A stretch of 64,000 nt of DNA from Octopus sinensis (GCF_006345805.1 NC_043001.1:74276001-74340000), one strand, 5' to 3'. Positions 1 through 13,673 are shown, counted from the stretch's first letter. A program made the numbers and translations. The notes: generated by a model from the sequence alone, not told the origin.

Positions 1-1562
1 AATTAGCCCTAACGCTCCAATCACCACAGGCGCTGTGCTGCTTTTCATTCCCCACATCTTGGTCACTTGTATTTCTAGGTTTTTGTACTTAAATAACTTC
101 TCAACTTCTTTTATGAACACATTTCTCTCTGATCGTACTGTCACATCTATCATTAATCCTTTCTTATTCTTCCCATCTTTGATGATTATGTCCGGCCTGT
201 TTGCTTTGATTTCTTTATCGGTGTTGATTGGCATGACCCAGAGTACTGTTACAGAAGCTTTCCGGTCACAGTTTCAGGTTTATACTGGTACCATCTTTCT
301 GAAGTTGGAAGCTGGTAGTGTTTATATATCTTCCAATGGATATATTGCGCTACTCTATTGTGTCTATGAATATATTCAGTTTTTGCAAGCGCTGTGCATC
401 CAGTTAAGATGTGGTCTACTATTTCATCCTGCTCATGACACATTCTGCATTTCGGGTCAGTGCCATCGTTCATTATTTTGTTGTGGTAAGCTCAGGTTGC
501 CAAGTTTTGATCTTGTGCTGCTATGATAAAACCTTCGGTTTCAGTCTTCAGTCCTGAGGTCTTCGTCCATATATGAGAGTCTCGTTTTTCTACGTCTGGT
601 TTGTTCACTCTACATGGGTATCAGCCATGCATGGGTTTTTCTAGCCATTCTTCTTTGATCTTCTTCTGGGCTTGTTTTTCCATCTCTTCCTTAACTCTTT
701 TAGCAAACTGGGTTACTTTCTCACTCGCCTTCATTCTCGGTTCCTCCATCATCAGTTGTTTCTTAAACTGTACAGATTCTTTGTATACCGAATATAGCTT
801 CTTTACTTTATCATGATGGTGCACAAGCTTCATTAGAGGACCTTTTAACAGCTCAAGATTTGTATTTAATCCTACAGTGGTGGTTTTGTAAGATAAGTCT
901 AACTGAGTTAGTCCTCTTTCTCCCATGCTTCTCGGTTAATAAATCCTGTTCCCGTCCGCTTTTGGATGGTTCATTCGAGCCATGGTTAGTAGTTTTCTGG
1001 TCTTGGAGTCTAGCTTCTTTATTTCGCCCATTTGTCAGTTTATTATGTTGAAACTTTAAGCTACAATTGGTACTGCAAGAGTGTTAATGGCTTCTATTTT
1101 GTTTGCAGCGTTGAGTTCAGTCTTTGTAACTAACCGTACTCTCCTGTAGTACTCTTTTCAAATCTTCTCTTTCATTGCTGAATGTTTTATGCTGTTACTT
1201 TCGTCTATGCTAAGATATTTATATGCTTCTTCTTGGCCAGTGCTCGGATTCTTGCTTCTGTATCTACGCGGATATCCACATAATATGCCAGTTTGCCTCT
1301 TATGAAAGTGGCTTTCGCGCATTTCTCCAGTTCATTTCTTCTAGGAATGCGTATGTTCTTTCAGTGATTACAGATGTTAATATTTTAAACATTGTTGGTA
1401 GACAGGTTCTTTGAGTTTTCTGTGTCATTTGTTTTTGGTATTTGGTATGTCACTCCCTGTGTCAACCAGTCTGGGCTATTTTCTGGGTTTTTCATGACTT
1501 CGTTGTATGCTGATGACATGTCTCTATGTATATCAACTAGCTGTTTGATCCAGAAGTTTGGT
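1..1562 (-). mobile_element. R4/Dong-like non-LTR retrotransposon fragment (RT remnant, CCHC knuckle, restriction-like endonuclease), pseudogenised
   Basis: Minus-strand translation gives NFWIKQL...PDWLTQGVTY (RT N-term), LEKCAKATF...YKYL...ELNAANKIEAIN (RT C-term), KCRMCHEQDEIVDHILTGC...YIHRHNRVA (zinc knuckle) and NRPDIIIKD...MIDVT...KEVEKLFKY..LEI...PVVIGALG (RLE). Frameshifts and stops present; runs off the window edge. Confidence 0.85.
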
Positions 1563-1689
1563 ACTCGATCTATTCCAGGTGACTTCCAAAAGATGAAAAG
1601 TGAAGTCGACCTCTACGGAATTTGAACTCAGAACGTTAGCTAACTCCCTCCGTCCAATCAACAGGTACACGCTGTGTCACACATCAGCT

Positions 1690-1818
1690 GTCGAAATGAT
1701 TAAAGGGCAACATGAGATTAAGTGTTTTGCTCATGAGCTAAATGCACCGCCCTGTCCGGGAATTGAACTCACGATCTTACGATCGTGAGCGCAACATCCT
1801 AATACTAGACCATGCGCC
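1690..1818 (-). mobile_element. tRNA-headed SINE, family B, 5' part
   Basis: Reverse complement reads ggcgcatggtctagtattagg...gtgagttcaattcccgg...tgagcaaaacactt, matching the head of the copy at 4970-5300 (pol III A/B-box-like). Confidence 0.6.
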
Positions 1819-2093
1819 ACCTCATGCCATTGGAACACTCAGCCATTGAAACGCTAATTCCTCACGTAGATCGTCCAGTTGGTCAAATGATTGTTCTCTC
1901 ACACATGAGTACTCAGGTGTTTGATCAACTGAACTGTCACACGTTATTAAATTTCACGCGGTATGGATCGATACAATGCTAAGATAAATGAATATGTATT
2001 GCCTAAGATGCAATGCATTGAAATCGAACTAGGGAGCGCATGACTGCGAAACGAAATCCCTAAATAGTAACATGTAGGTGGAGCGGGATGTAG

Positions 2094-2480
2094 CCGCAGG
2101 CATGTCTGTGTGGTAAGAAGCTTGCTTCTCAACCAAATGGCTCCGATTTCAGTCTCACTGCGTGGCTCCTTGCTCAAGTGTTTTCGACCAAAGCCTTGTA
2201 AGTGGATTTGACAGATGAAATCTGAAAGAAGACGGTCGTATACATATATGTATATACATATATGTATTAGGTATTTTTGTGTCTGTATTTGTACCCCACC
2301 ACCACTTGACAACCGGTGTTCATGTATTTACGTCCCCGTAACTTAACGGTTCGGCAAAAGCAGATAGTACAAGGCTTTAAAACATAAGTCCTGGAGTTCG
2401 ATTTGTTCGACTAAAACCCTTCAAGGCGGTGCCCCAGCATGGTCTCAGTCAAATGACTGATGCAAGTAAAAGATAAAAGA
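2094..2480 (+). mobile_element. tRNA-headed SINE, family C, near full length
   Basis: gcaggcatgtctgtgtggtaagaagcttg...gaaatctgaaagaagacggtcg, internal TA/TG tract, cgtaacttaacggttcggcaaaa...gcagtcaaatgactga-like tail. Same layout at 28017 and 49090. Confidence 0.8.
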
Positions 2481-3013
2481 TATATACACACCCGCACAAA
2501 TATCTGTGGGCGTTTGCGTGTGCATATATGTGCGTGTATGTATTGTATGCACTATGTATAGATAGCTAGATAGCTAGATAATGTATTGTCCCGTTATTGG
2601 TGAGATCAACCAAAAAGTAATCCAGTAAGAGATAATATCATTTAATATACACAGGATTTAAATTCGAGAAACTATCAATTTCATACTGCGTAAACGCAAT
2701 TATTGGAAAGCTTGTTTAGCGTGCTGTGTTTCCAAACGATCTTTCAGGCTCAAATATACAATATGACTGTTCTTCTTTTTTTTTTGCTTTGTTTTGTTTT
2801 TTGAGTTTATCTTTAAAAAGAACAGAGCGTTAGTCTTTGAAAAACAACAAGAATGGACGCTGGTCTTTCAGAAAAGCACGAGAAACGACGATTCTTAGAT
2901 GCTTTGCCAAACCTGAACTTGTGGTCTTATAAGCCTTTCATGTGAGCATGTCTAGACATGCAAATATATACATGAGAAGATATACATAAAACAAAATATA
3001 CAAATCTGTACAT

Positions 3014-3064
3014 ATACATACATACATACATACATACATACATACATACATACATACATACATA
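3014..3064. repeat. (CATA)n microsatellite
   Basis: Perfect tetranucleotide run; similar runs at 3470-3505 and 4293-4369. Confidence 0.95.
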
Positions 3065-3279
3065 AGTAGTGGCTGCTTTCTCGTATACGAGCAAAGCCAT
3101 TGCTAGAAAAAATCATTGAAATGAGTCACTGATAATGCAAAGAAAGATTTGCACATTTCATTGCATAATGCTCAGTTGTGCAGGCTGGCAGAAGGAACAG
3201 GTGCAGAAGGAACAGTATGAAGTCTTTTGACATGTATTTTTAATCCTCCAACTGAACGGTACACCTTTCCACAATTTAC

Positions 3280-4291
3280 AACTGACTTCTTTGATGGCTG
3301 ACCAGGCCTGCATGACTCAAGCATTTCCTCCTATAAGTCACACACGTAAAGAACAACACTCCTTCATTTTCTATTGGTTCATTCTTTCTAAGCTTTCTCT
3401 TGATCTTCTCGTTCTTCATTCTCTCTCTTTCAATCACTGTGCACTCTTTTTCGTCCTCCATTTCGGTCTTGTATGTATGTATGTATGTATGTATGTATGT
3501 ATGTATTTGAATTTTTTGTCTGTCAAAACAGCTATAAGGCAGTCTTTGAACCTCATTTTTGGTTTATGTGATGGCCTTTTACAATCTTCCATCCCACGAT
3601 GCAAAAGTTGCTTAGGAAGTCTTTTATCATTCATTCTCACCAGATGTTCACCCCCACCTCAAACAACTTTGCAGAATGATCGATTTCACACTTCTACTAT
3701 AACTTATCTCAAGTACCTCTACATCACTGATCGCCATTCTCCGATTTATCCCAAGAATTTTCTTAAGACAACATTGATGGAATCGTTCCAAATGCCTCAA
3801 ATGCTTACGATAAACAACTCATGTTTCACTTCCATGAAACAATGATGGCAAAACACAAGTTCTATAAACCATAACTTTAGTTTGGGTAGATATACCATGG
3901 TGTGACCAGAGCCGCTTGTCAAGCCTACAAAGGCACTACTAGCTTTGCTGATTCCATACGAAATTTCATTATCAAAATCAATAATGCTCAGAGTACTTCC
4001 TAATTTGGTTATGACTTCTAACATTTGACTATATACAGTTATAGAAGGCACCATATAAAGCTTAGATGGAGAAGGGTGGTACATCATAACAGTTTTCTTC
4101 GAGTTAATTGTAAGGCCCAACACTGTACATGCTGCAGAAATCCCATTCATCATGAGTTGCATATCTTCCTGGGAATGTGCTAACAGGTCACAATCATCTG
4201 TATACAAGAACTCAATGATGTGAGAATGAAGAACTTTCGTTTTAGCACAAAGTCTTTTGAGATTGAAAAGTTTTCCTCGCTGTCCTATATC

Positions 4292-4292
<1 letters not shown>
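3280..4292 (-). mobile_element. RTE (BovB-like) LINE, 5'-truncated 3' fragment
   Basis: GKLFNLKRLCAKTKV...FLYTDDCDLLAHSQEDMQ...GLTINSKKT...ISKASSAF, then MRMNDKRLPKQLL...RFKDCL, and a terminal C2H2-like CVTYRRKCLSHAGLVSHQRS. These motifs are typical of RTE ORFs. Confidence 0.85.
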
Positions 4293-4322
<30 letters not shown>

Positions 4323-4668
4323 CATACATACATACATACATACATACATACATACATACATACATACATACTCATATCCATTTAACAATTCATATGTTTA
4401 TATGCATGTATATATATATATATACCAAAAAGTTTGGAGTCTCTAATCATGGTAACACGTGCTGAAGAAGCTAAGGTTTTATTTTACCAATGCAGAAATC
4501 GATCCACGTGAGTCCAAATACTTAAATGTATGTTAATAGATTGTCTTAACCTGATTTTGCCTTCGTTTGATTTCTGTAGTTTTCATCGGTGTATTTTTGA
4601 CGATTTAATAAGAGTTTTGACTGATACTTCAAGCAGGTTGACATACCTAGTACGTCCTTTGATTAATT

Positions 4669-4711
<43 letters not shown>

Positions 4712-4913
4712 AAAGGTTTAAATTAATTAATTAATGATTAATAATTTTACGAAGGAGTCCGGTACGTTAAAATAACCATTTTCGGTAAAATTATACAAAT
4801 ATTCTATAATTATAAACATAATTAGAATCAGGGGTCAGCTAATTGCTTCGCCACGCACCGAATTTAGAAATAGGAGTTGAATGCCTATGGTAGTAGAACA
4901 GGCATTTAACTCA

Positions 4914-4965
<52 letters not shown>

Positions 4966-4969
4966 GTAA

Positions 4970-5300
4970 AGGCGCATGGCTAAGTGGTTAGAGTGTCGAG
5001 CTTACGATCATGAGGTTGTGAGTTCGAATCCCGGACTGGGCTGCGTGTTGTGTTCTTGAGCACACACTTTATTTCACGTTGCTCCAGTTCACTCAGCTGT
5101 AGAAATGAGTTGCGACGTCACAAGTGCCAAGCTGTATCGGCCTTTACCTTTCCCTTGGATAACACTGGTGGCGTGGAGAGGGGGGGCGGTAAGCATGGGC
5201 GACTGCTGGTCTTCCATAAACAACCTTGCCCGGACTTGTGCCTGGGAGGGTAACTTTCTAGGTGCAATCCCATGGTTAGTCATGACCGAAGTAGGTCTCA
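4970..5300 (+). mobile_element. tRNA-headed SINE, family B (tail type 1)
   Basis: ggcgcatggctaagtggttagagtgtcg...gagttcgaatccc (A/B boxes), central cttgagcacacactttatttcacgttgctccagttcactcagctgt domain; flanked by (TA)n and (TCTG)n. Confidence 0.75.
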
Positions 5301-5304
5301 GCAA

Positions 5305-5338
<34 letters not shown>

Positions 5339-5589
5339 CGCCCGTCCGCCCGTCCGTCCGTCGTCCGTCCGTCCGTCCATCTATCTATCTATCTATCTAT
5401 GAATATACGTAAATATACTTATAAATCACAAACTATGTATGGATGAGTGTGTCTCTATTGTGGAGTGTCGGCCAAGTTGACCTTGAGGATAAATTTGACT
5501 CTACATCATCAGTAAATGTTCAGTAATTATTCTTAAAAGTGCTTTAAAAATAATAACATTATTTTAAACAAACACACACACACATGTAT

Positions 5590-6655
5590 ATTTATTTATA
5601 GTTGGAATTTACAAAAAAATAGAAGACAGGTGTGTAAACAAACAGGTGTATTAGTTTAATGCTCGGAAAGGTGAGAAAGTCATTTGCGTTCCGAGTCTAC
5701 GCTCTTCAACAGAAAGGACCACGAGAAAATAAACAGAGAATAAAAAAGCTTTAGTAGCTAGCAGTCAATCATGGCGATGGCCGGACAGAGGTGGTCAGAC
5801 AGGAGAGCTAGGAAGAAGGGGAGATAAAGTAGTGGTGATCCCAAAACGAAGATGCGCGTGCGTGTATATGTGAGGGCGTCTATGTGTTTGTGGATAGGGG
5901 CTGATGACCTTGACGTGTGGGTGTGTGCATGAGTAGGTGTGTGGATGATGGTGTGGATGCTGAGAAGTGGTCAATACTAGTGTGTGCAGGGTGCTGCGAT
6001 GTAGTGTGGTGGTGTGGTGATGTGTAGTGTGGTGAGGTGGTGTGTGGTGTTGTGTGGTGGTGTGTGGTGTGGTGATGTGTGGTGTTGTGTGGTGGTGTGT
6101 TGTGCAGTGTGGCATGATGTGGTGGTGTTGGGGTGTGGGGGATGTGAGGGTGGGGATGCAAGGTGGGGTGTAAGGGTAGCGTGTGGGTTGGGATGAGGGT
6201 GTGGGGGTATGTGGGAGTGGAATGTGTTGGGGTGGGTGGGGATGGAATTTATAGGGATGATAGGGTTGAGATGTGTAGGGGTGGGGTAACGATGGAGGAG
6301 TGACGATGAAGGGAGAGAGTGGAAGGGAGGAGGTAGGTGAGAGTGAAGAGAGGAAGTAGGTGTGAGAAGAAGAGAAGAGAGAGGAGGGGAGATAGATGAA
6401 GAGGGGAAGTGAGTTGAGCCCATGTGGAGCAAAGGAGCGAAGCGAAAAGATTAATTCCTGTTCACGGAGAATACGGGAGTCCGGATGGCTCCTTTGCAAG
6501 GACAATCCGAACATAGACAGGTATAGTAAAGAATGACTGGTAGAGTGGAAATGACGCAAGACCGGGGTGTTGTTGCCGAGTCTGATGTCTGGGAGATGTC
6601 CCGCGAACCGGTCAGCCAAGCGGCGTCCCGTTTGACCGAGGTACACAGAAGGACA
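5590..6655 (-). mobile_element. Penelope-like element 3' remnant: GIY-YIG endonuclease C-terminal half, low-complexity spacer, terminal repeat region
   Basis: 6405-6655 encodes CPSVYLGQTGRRLADRFAGH...PVLRHFHSTSHS...REQELIFSLRSFAPHGLN. 5590-5790 is homologous to 53353-53530. Confidence 0.75.
5655..5715 (-). ncRNA. Decayed type I hammerhead-like motif
   Basis: CUGUUGA-A-GAGC-GUAG-ACUC-GGAACGC...GCAUU-AAA; homolog of 53417-53478 with core and stem mismatches. Confidence 0.35.
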
Positions 6656-9600
6656 GATAGTCATATATACGCACACAAACACACACATAAAGGACGCATA
6701 TATAGTTACATATGTTGCAGACAAATATAAAAGCACACATATAAATATGCATGCTTGTATGCAGATAACTATATGTATACATAGCTACACTCACGTGTAC
6801 AGTAAGAGATACCGGCGTATACATACATACATACATACATACATACATACATACATACATACACATCCATTTGGCCATACATAAATATACACACACACAT
6901 TTATATACGTATAGTTGAGAAAGTCCGGTATTAAGAATAAAGTTTATGGCAGTATGAGTATTGGTATTTAGACAGCATTCACAGTTAATGTCTTGCAATT
7001 AATCTCGTTATTGGCTGTAGGATGACCGTTTGGATTTCAGTTAAAGAAAGTAGCGAGATATTACTATAATTTAGATAAAAACTATAGGAAAATATTGAAT
7101 TAATGGTTTAAAGTTAGCCCTATAACCTATTAAGAGACTGCTTGCGGCAAAATGACAGCTCAGTTTTTTTCCTATGTGATATAACTAACTGTTTTAAAAT
7201 GTATAGTTTCTCGTTGTCTCATAGGCGACTGCTGTTTGCTCCGGCCAACTAGGGAGGTGTTTAACTGATAATACTTCAGGATATAGCTCCAGATGAAATG
7301 GGACATAGAACTGAAATTTTCCTGTTCCAAGACTTGAGAAAGAGCTCGTGCTGGGTAAAACCTACTTTGAAACTAATAGCAGTGAGTTTTGCAAATAAAG
7401 ATACTATCATGTGAGTTACAGTCGTTCTGAAAATCCCTTCCTTGGAGAAATAGAATCCTCTCAATGGATAGGTGTTTTTTTCAACAGCTGAATGTGAGTG
7501 TTTGAGGTAAAGCATTAGCGAGAAATGGATTAAAGAGAAATTAGAGAAATTACTAACATCCTTTTCTGTAAAAAAGGAAGAGAACAACAATCTAGTTCAA
7601 TCCTTATTTCAATCCAAGTGTCATCTCAAAGATAGTCAGGAACCAGCAACATGGTGTAAATGCCAAACAATTGTAGTAGAGTTAATGTTTGGTCATTTTG
7701 CCAGTTCTCGACTTGTTTTGTATGAGAAATATATAATTATAATTTCTCACACAGGCTTGCGGCCACACTTTTTGCATGAAGAAACAGTTATATTTCGTAC
7801 TTCCTTTATTGAACCAAGGAGTAAGAAGGGTAAACACAGACAAGATTTGAGCTCTGTAAAGTAAAAAAACAGGCATCAAATATCACATGATGTTGTGTAA
7901 CCCACCATGATTTTTGGGTTTTTAAAATAAAACATATTTCGTCAAAATAATAATAAAAATGTGTGACTTTTGTCAGATTTGAACTGTAAATCTTAAAATC
8001 CTCAAATCAAAGTATTAGTGTCGTGTCACCCCATATTTGATATGCTGTAACAGAATTCTGCCGCACAATCTATCTCTTTTATTTTTTACCCTGTTATTTC
8101 TTTTTCTCCACCTAACTACATTTGAACACTTCGTTCACTATTACAACTCTCATAAAATCCATTTTAATCAGTGTCTAGCTTGTTTAAGGACACCCTCCAT
8201 TCTACCCCATCACACATCCATCAAAATAATTAACACATTTAGGAGAGTCGAAGCAAAACCATTAACCTCTCACGGGTGCACTTATTTTACATATTTCATT
8301 CAATGCTATTTTATCATTTATCTACAATTTCAATCAAAACTGTTACGTAATCACACATATTTCTAGTCGTTTGGAATTAACAAGAAATTCAAGTAAAAAT
8401 AGTAACGTGGGCAGTCATCAAGCGAAAATTTGGTTCTGCTCAATGAAAACCACCAATGTTTCACTCGTTAATTTCAGAATCCAATTCTATCTTCTCACAT
8501 GCCAACCACAATCTTTACAAGACTCATACAATCATTCTCTCTCTTTTCAAACTAAACATATCACATGACAAAGCTGCAAACAAAATAAATAGCTTATTCT
8601 TGACATCAATATTTTCAATTTGGGCCGTTTCTTATCTTTATTTAATCCACCGTCTTAGAACATAGCTTATTAACTGAGAGGTAAAGAAAAAATACACAAA
8701 AATACATCAAGCTGTCCATAAAGTCGTTTTTGTTAATGACATTTCATACATGTAAGATATTTTAGGGCCGTGTTAAAGTTGTTGTATGTTCTAGATGATA
8801 CTAAATTGATCTTTTTCTATACTAAAATAGCAGCACTTCAACAAAGACAACAAAAGTGGTAATAGTTGGAAATAAGGAAATAGTTATTTCATTATTTCAC
8901 AGATAAAAACAATTAGAAATACACAATAAATTTAACAACACCAATAATTATATTTTAACTTTTATGGTATATATCGTGATGGAATCTTAATATGAGGTCA
9001 TTCTCACTGATAAACGAACATATCGGATACAGTAAAAAGACATCCGTCCAGGAGTATTTTTATTACACAATACAGTACTGCTAATGTAAGTGGACCAGTA
9101 GAAGACATAGTTTAGAGAATGGCAAAGTTACGGTTTCAACCTAGATATTAATGACCCAGTGGTTAGGGTGTTGAACTTACAATCATAAGTTCGGGATGCA
9201 ATTCCTGGTCGTGTTCGAGAGTTCGCTTCATGGAGCACTAGCCAACTGCTAACGCAGCCTTTTCTATCTCCAGCAATTACCTCTTGAATGTGCCGCTGCG
9301 ACAAAGTTGGAAGTGGTGAGAGGGTATCTATATATTCTCGTCTTTAATTTGGCACCAAGAAACAACGAACTGTATTGTAGTTGTGAGTAGACGAAAACTC
9401 TGTATTGTGGCATCTAGCAGGATATTTGAAGGCGATGCGATCAGACCATTCGACAAGTAGCTGCTTGAATAGATAGGAGATAAAGCACGAAATAAAAAAA
9501 ATATAAAAGGAGACGAAAAAAGCAACAGCAACAACTACAACAATAAGAAAAAACTAACAAAAGTATGGTATATATTACCAGGTTATTATCTCGGTAAAAT

Positions 9601-9699
9601 TTGAACTCAGAATTCAAAATGTCGGAACAAATACAAGCAGGTATTTTTTTTGACGCACTAACTATTCTACCAATATACCGCCCATAATAATGATAAATT

Positions 9700-9903
9700 C
9701 TAATATAGACACAAGGTCTGAAACTTTGGACGAGGGTGGGGGCAGTTGATTACATCGAGCCCAGTGTCCAACTGGTACATATTTTATTCACCTCAAAAGG
9801 ATGAACGGCAAAGTCGACTTCAACGGAATTTGAACTCAGAACGTAAAGCCAGAAGAAATGCCGCTAAGCATTTTGTCATTAAATCCTGCCTGCTCGCCGC
9901 CTT
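9700..9903 (-). mobile_element. tRNA-headed SINE, family A (Nin/Deu-like central domain)
   Basis: Reverse complement reads ggcggcgagcaggcagg...gttctgagttcaaattccg...gtcgactttgccgttcatccttt. A more decayed copy lies at ~9560-9685. Confidence 0.75.
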
Positions 9904-10039
9904 GAAATCGAATGAAACCCATTGGTTTATTAATAATAATAATATTAATAATAATAATATTAATAATAATAATAATAATAATATAATAATAATATAATAA
10001 TAATAATAATAATGCGCCTACTACTAATAATAATAGTAG

Positions 10040-10240
10040 GTGTAATAGGTATGAAAAAAAATATTCAGACAAATACATAACAAAAACACCAGGACTTACA
10101 AATATATATAACATACAGAAAATTGCACTACTGAGCACTGCACACATCCTACGCAAACCACTTTCAATACAGTAACCATCAGAGCATCGAAACAAATCAC
10201 AGCACATACCCAAGGCATACAGAGCTGCACGTGAAAGCAC
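10040..10240 (+). mobile_element. R4/Dong-like 3' terminal fragment
   Basis: KYSDKYITKTPGLTNIYNIQKIALLSTAHILRKPLSIQ* plus 3' UTR; follows (AAT)n at 9930-10015. Confidence 0.7.
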
Positions 10241-10271
10241 CCTATAAAAATAAAAATACTGAATAATAATA

Positions 10272-10627
10272 ATAAATTTAAGGACCTGGAAATTGAAATA
10301 CAAAAGATGTGGTATCCTAAAGCGAGAATTGTTCCTGTTATAGTGGGTGCCCTAGGTATGATAAGAAAGGATGTCAGAATCATCTAGATAAGATCACAGG
10401 AGAACCATGTCTCAGAGAAATTCAAAAGATTGTGCTGACAAGTACTGCCCACATCCTTAGAAAATCCCTATCGACTTAAATGTCTGTGTTCTATTATACG
10501 AAGGTATTTCACTACTACTCCTGCCACTTCCCCTCCCCAAGCTTTCTGTCATACTGTAACTTCTCTTTTCCTTCACTCACCCTAGGACGCTGGGTGTGTC
10601 TCAGCAAGTGATTGTAACAAACATGCA
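10272..10627 (+). mobile_element. R4/Dong-like 3' terminal fragment
   Basis: KFKDLEIEIQKMW...VPVIVGALGMI...EIQKIVLTSTAHILRKSLST* plus 3' UTR; (AAT)n on both sides. Confidence 0.8.
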
Positions 10628-10646
10628 GATTAAAAGTAAATAATAA

Positions 10647-11097
10647 TAATAATAATGGTTTCAAATTTTGGTACAAGCCAGAAAATTCGGGCAAGGGGAC
10701 AAGTCAATTACATCGACTCCAGTATTCAACTGGTACCCATTTTATCGACCCACAAAAGATGAAAAGCAAAGTCGACCTTGGTGGAATTTGAACTCAGAAC
10801 GTAAAGACGGCCGAAATGTCGCTAAGCATTTTGTCTGTGTTGCTAACGATTCTGCAGCTCATCGCCTTAATAATGGTAATAATCCTTTCTACAATAGGCA
10901 CAAGTCCTGAAATTAAGGGGAGGGGATAGTCGATTACATCGACCCCAATATTCAACAGGTACTTATATTATCGACTCCGAAAGGATGAAGGGCAAAGTCG
11001 ATCTCGGCGGAATTTGAATTCAGAATGTAGGGACGGACGAAATGCCGCTAAGCATTTTGTCTGGCGTGCTAAGGATTCTTCCTGCTCACCACCTTAA
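10647..11097 (-). mobile_element. Two tandem SINE A copies (10647-10869, 10884-11097)
   Basis: Each has gtcgac...ggaatttgaa(c/t)tcagaa...gctaagcattttgtc; separated by AAT repeats. Confidence 0.8.
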
Positions 11098-11120
11098 AAT
11101 CGGATGCTACCCGTCGGTTC

Positions 11121-11170
<50 letters not shown>

Positions 11171-11189
11171 GACAAATTATAATAATATC

Positions 11190-11575
11190 TTTGTCTGTCC
11201 CGTCTTACCCAAGAAAGAGTATATCGTCCGTAATGACAGAATAGAGACTTAAATACACTGCAAGTTAAGCCAGCATTATGATAAACCAGCGGGAAAGAGA
11301 TGCTATAGACATACAACTGGAAAGTCCTGAAAAACAACAAAGCAACTATATATAGTGATATGCTAATAGACACAGATATGGAGGTCAAGGATAATCGTTC
11401 AAATATTGTTGTCAAAGACGACCAAGAAAAAAATACCTCCCAAACGTTGTCGTAATTCAAGAAATAATTATGTATTTCCAAAATAAATGGAGAAATTATT
11501 TGGAAATTTATATAACCCGAGTGTGGAATCTGAAAGCAGAAACAATCCCTATTATAAAATAAAAATTACAAAACC
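11190..11575 (+). mobile_element. Highly decayed R4/Dong-like C-terminal fragment
   Basis: CPVLPKKEYIVRNDRI...DNRSNIVVKD... remnants of knuckle and RLE regions, between (AAT)n and (CAA)n tracts. Confidence 0.55.
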
Positions 11576-11669
11576 AAAAGAAAAACCACTTACAGAGCTG
11601 CGTTTAGTATTGCATGGAATAGACCTAATAAAAATAAGACAGCTGAATAATAAACAAATGATTAAATAA

Positions 11670-11738
<69 letters not shown>

Positions 11739-11754
11739 AATAATAATAATAATA

Positions 11755-13415
11755 ATAGAAATCAGGAGAGGCATCTTCCAAGCGCACTGCCTGTCCCCAC
11801 TGATCTTTGTACTGTGCGTGATACCACTAACATTGATTCTGAGGAAAGCAAAAGTTGGGTATGTATTCAAAATCCGCCAACAAAAAGGCAACCACATGTT
11901 ATTCATGGATGACCTCAAACTTTATGGTAAAGATGAATCCCAAGTCAGTTCCCTCGTTGATACTTTCAGTGCTTATATCAGAATGGAGTTCAAACTGAAA
12001 AAGTGTGGTGTATTAGTCTTGGAGAAAGGCAAAAACAAATGTATGGACGGTCTAGCGATACCATCGGTGGAGGTTATGAAACAGATAGAAGAGACGGGCC
12101 TTAAGTACTTGGGGATATTGGAAATGGTTAAATTGATGGAGAAATGACAGAAAAATTTAAGGTTGAGTACTTGTGCAGGTTGAGACTGATCCTTAAGTCG
12201 AAATTAAGCGGATGGAATAAGATTGAAGCTGTCAACCCCTGGGCAGTTTCACTCCTTAGATATGGAGCAAGGGTAATCGCATGGATACTAGACGAACTAA
12301 ACAGCAGAAAGACAGGAAGTTGGCGACTTGACATGGGTCACTCCACCCCAAAAGTGACACAGATAGACTGTATGTACCAAGAAAAAGAGGGAGAATAGGA
12401 CTGACTGGATGCGAACACAGCGTTAGAGCAGAAGAAAACAACATAGCATGGTATGTAAAAATTGCCACAGAACCGATATTATTGAAAGTAAGAAGGTCAG
12501 GCTTGTGTAGGATGGAAGATTGCAAAGATAAAGCACTGTACAAGCACGTGAGTATGAAGGAAACTGAAAATAGGTGGGTAAAGAAAAGAATGCTGGACAA
12601 TTTCATAGGGATGTTGAAGATAAGACAGACAGAAAAAAAGATGGCAATGGATAACTAAAAGTGATTTAAAACCGAAAACGGGGGCTCTTATCTGTGCTTC
12701 CCTAGAGCAAGCACTAAGAATAAATTACATAAAATACAGAATAGACGACACATCAAAAAGTGATAAGTGCAGAATTTGTGGACAAAATGGTGAAACCGTA
12801 TGGCTTATTACCAGTCAATGTACGCCACTAGCCCAGAAAGAATATAAGATACGTCATAACAATATAGCAAGGCTTGTCCATTGGACGCTTTTCAGCAAGT
12901 ATGGACTTGACTGAGCAAAAAAGTGGTACGAACATAAACCCGAAGTCATCATCGAAAATGATAATGCAAAGATCCTATGGGATTTTATGATTCAGTGCGA
13001 CCATGAGATAGGGAATAGGAAGCTAGACATAGTGTTAATTGAGAAAGAAAGAAAGCCATGCTGGATCATAGATATAGCATGTCCAGCTGACAAAAAGATA
13101 TGTGATAAGGAAGAAAGAAAAGTCAATATATATGACAGGTTAGCTTGGGAGGTTAGCAGTTGTAGTCGATGAAAACGGTGCTAGTAGTACCAATAGTTGT
13201 CGGAGCCCTAGGAACAGTGAGTAAAAATCTTGAGAAGTATGTGAAACAAATAAAGGCTGTAATAAGGGTGGAGCATTTGCAGAAAACAATACTGCTTGGA
13301 ACCACACGAATACTCCGGAAGGTGCTCGAAAAATAAGGGGTGTTACCTTAGTTTACCGGTAGTGAACAACTGACACTGTAGTACATCTCCAGCGATAGAA
13401 GCTGTGCAAAGACAA
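11755..13415 (+). mobile_element. R4/Dong-like retrotransposon, 5'-truncated (RT core to 3' UTR), pseudogenised
   Basis: RRGIFQ..CLSPLIF...NHMLFMDDLKLYGK...KYLGILE...KSKLSGWNKIEAVN...KCRICGQNGETV...EYKIRHNNIA...KILWDF...RKLDIV...IIDIACP...PIVVGALG...ILLGTTRILRKVLEK*. Flanked by (CAA)/(AAT) tracts. Confidence 0.9.
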
Positions 13416-13451
13416 TAATAACAACAGCAACAACAACAACAACAACAACAA

Positions 13452-13630
13452 TCCTTTCTAATAAAGACACGAGGCTTGAAATTTGGTGGCAGGGGACTAG
13501 TCGATTACATCGGCCCTAGTGTTTCACTGGTACTTAATTTATCGACCCCGAAAGGATGAAGAGCAAAGTCGACCTCGTCGGAATTTGAACTCAGAATGTA
13601 GCGACGGGCGAAATACCGCTACGCATTTCG
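13452..13630 (-). mobile_element. SINE A copy
   Basis: cgattacatcggccctagtg...aaagtcgacctcgtcggaatttgaactcagaatgtagcgacgggcgaaatacc. Confidence 0.75.

Positions 13631-13672
<42 letters not shown>

Positions 13673-13673
<1 letters not shown>

Noticed and set aside
4970-5040. tRNA-like sequences at SINE heads
   Set aside because: A/B boxes only, continuing into SINE bodies without a proper acceptor stem; not tRNA genes.
7511-7864. 117-codon stop-free frame in unique DNA, plus an ACGHTFC RING-like string in another frame near 7755
   Set aside because: No recognisable protein, no convincing splice sites, and the RING-like string lacks the following cysteine; compatible with chance.
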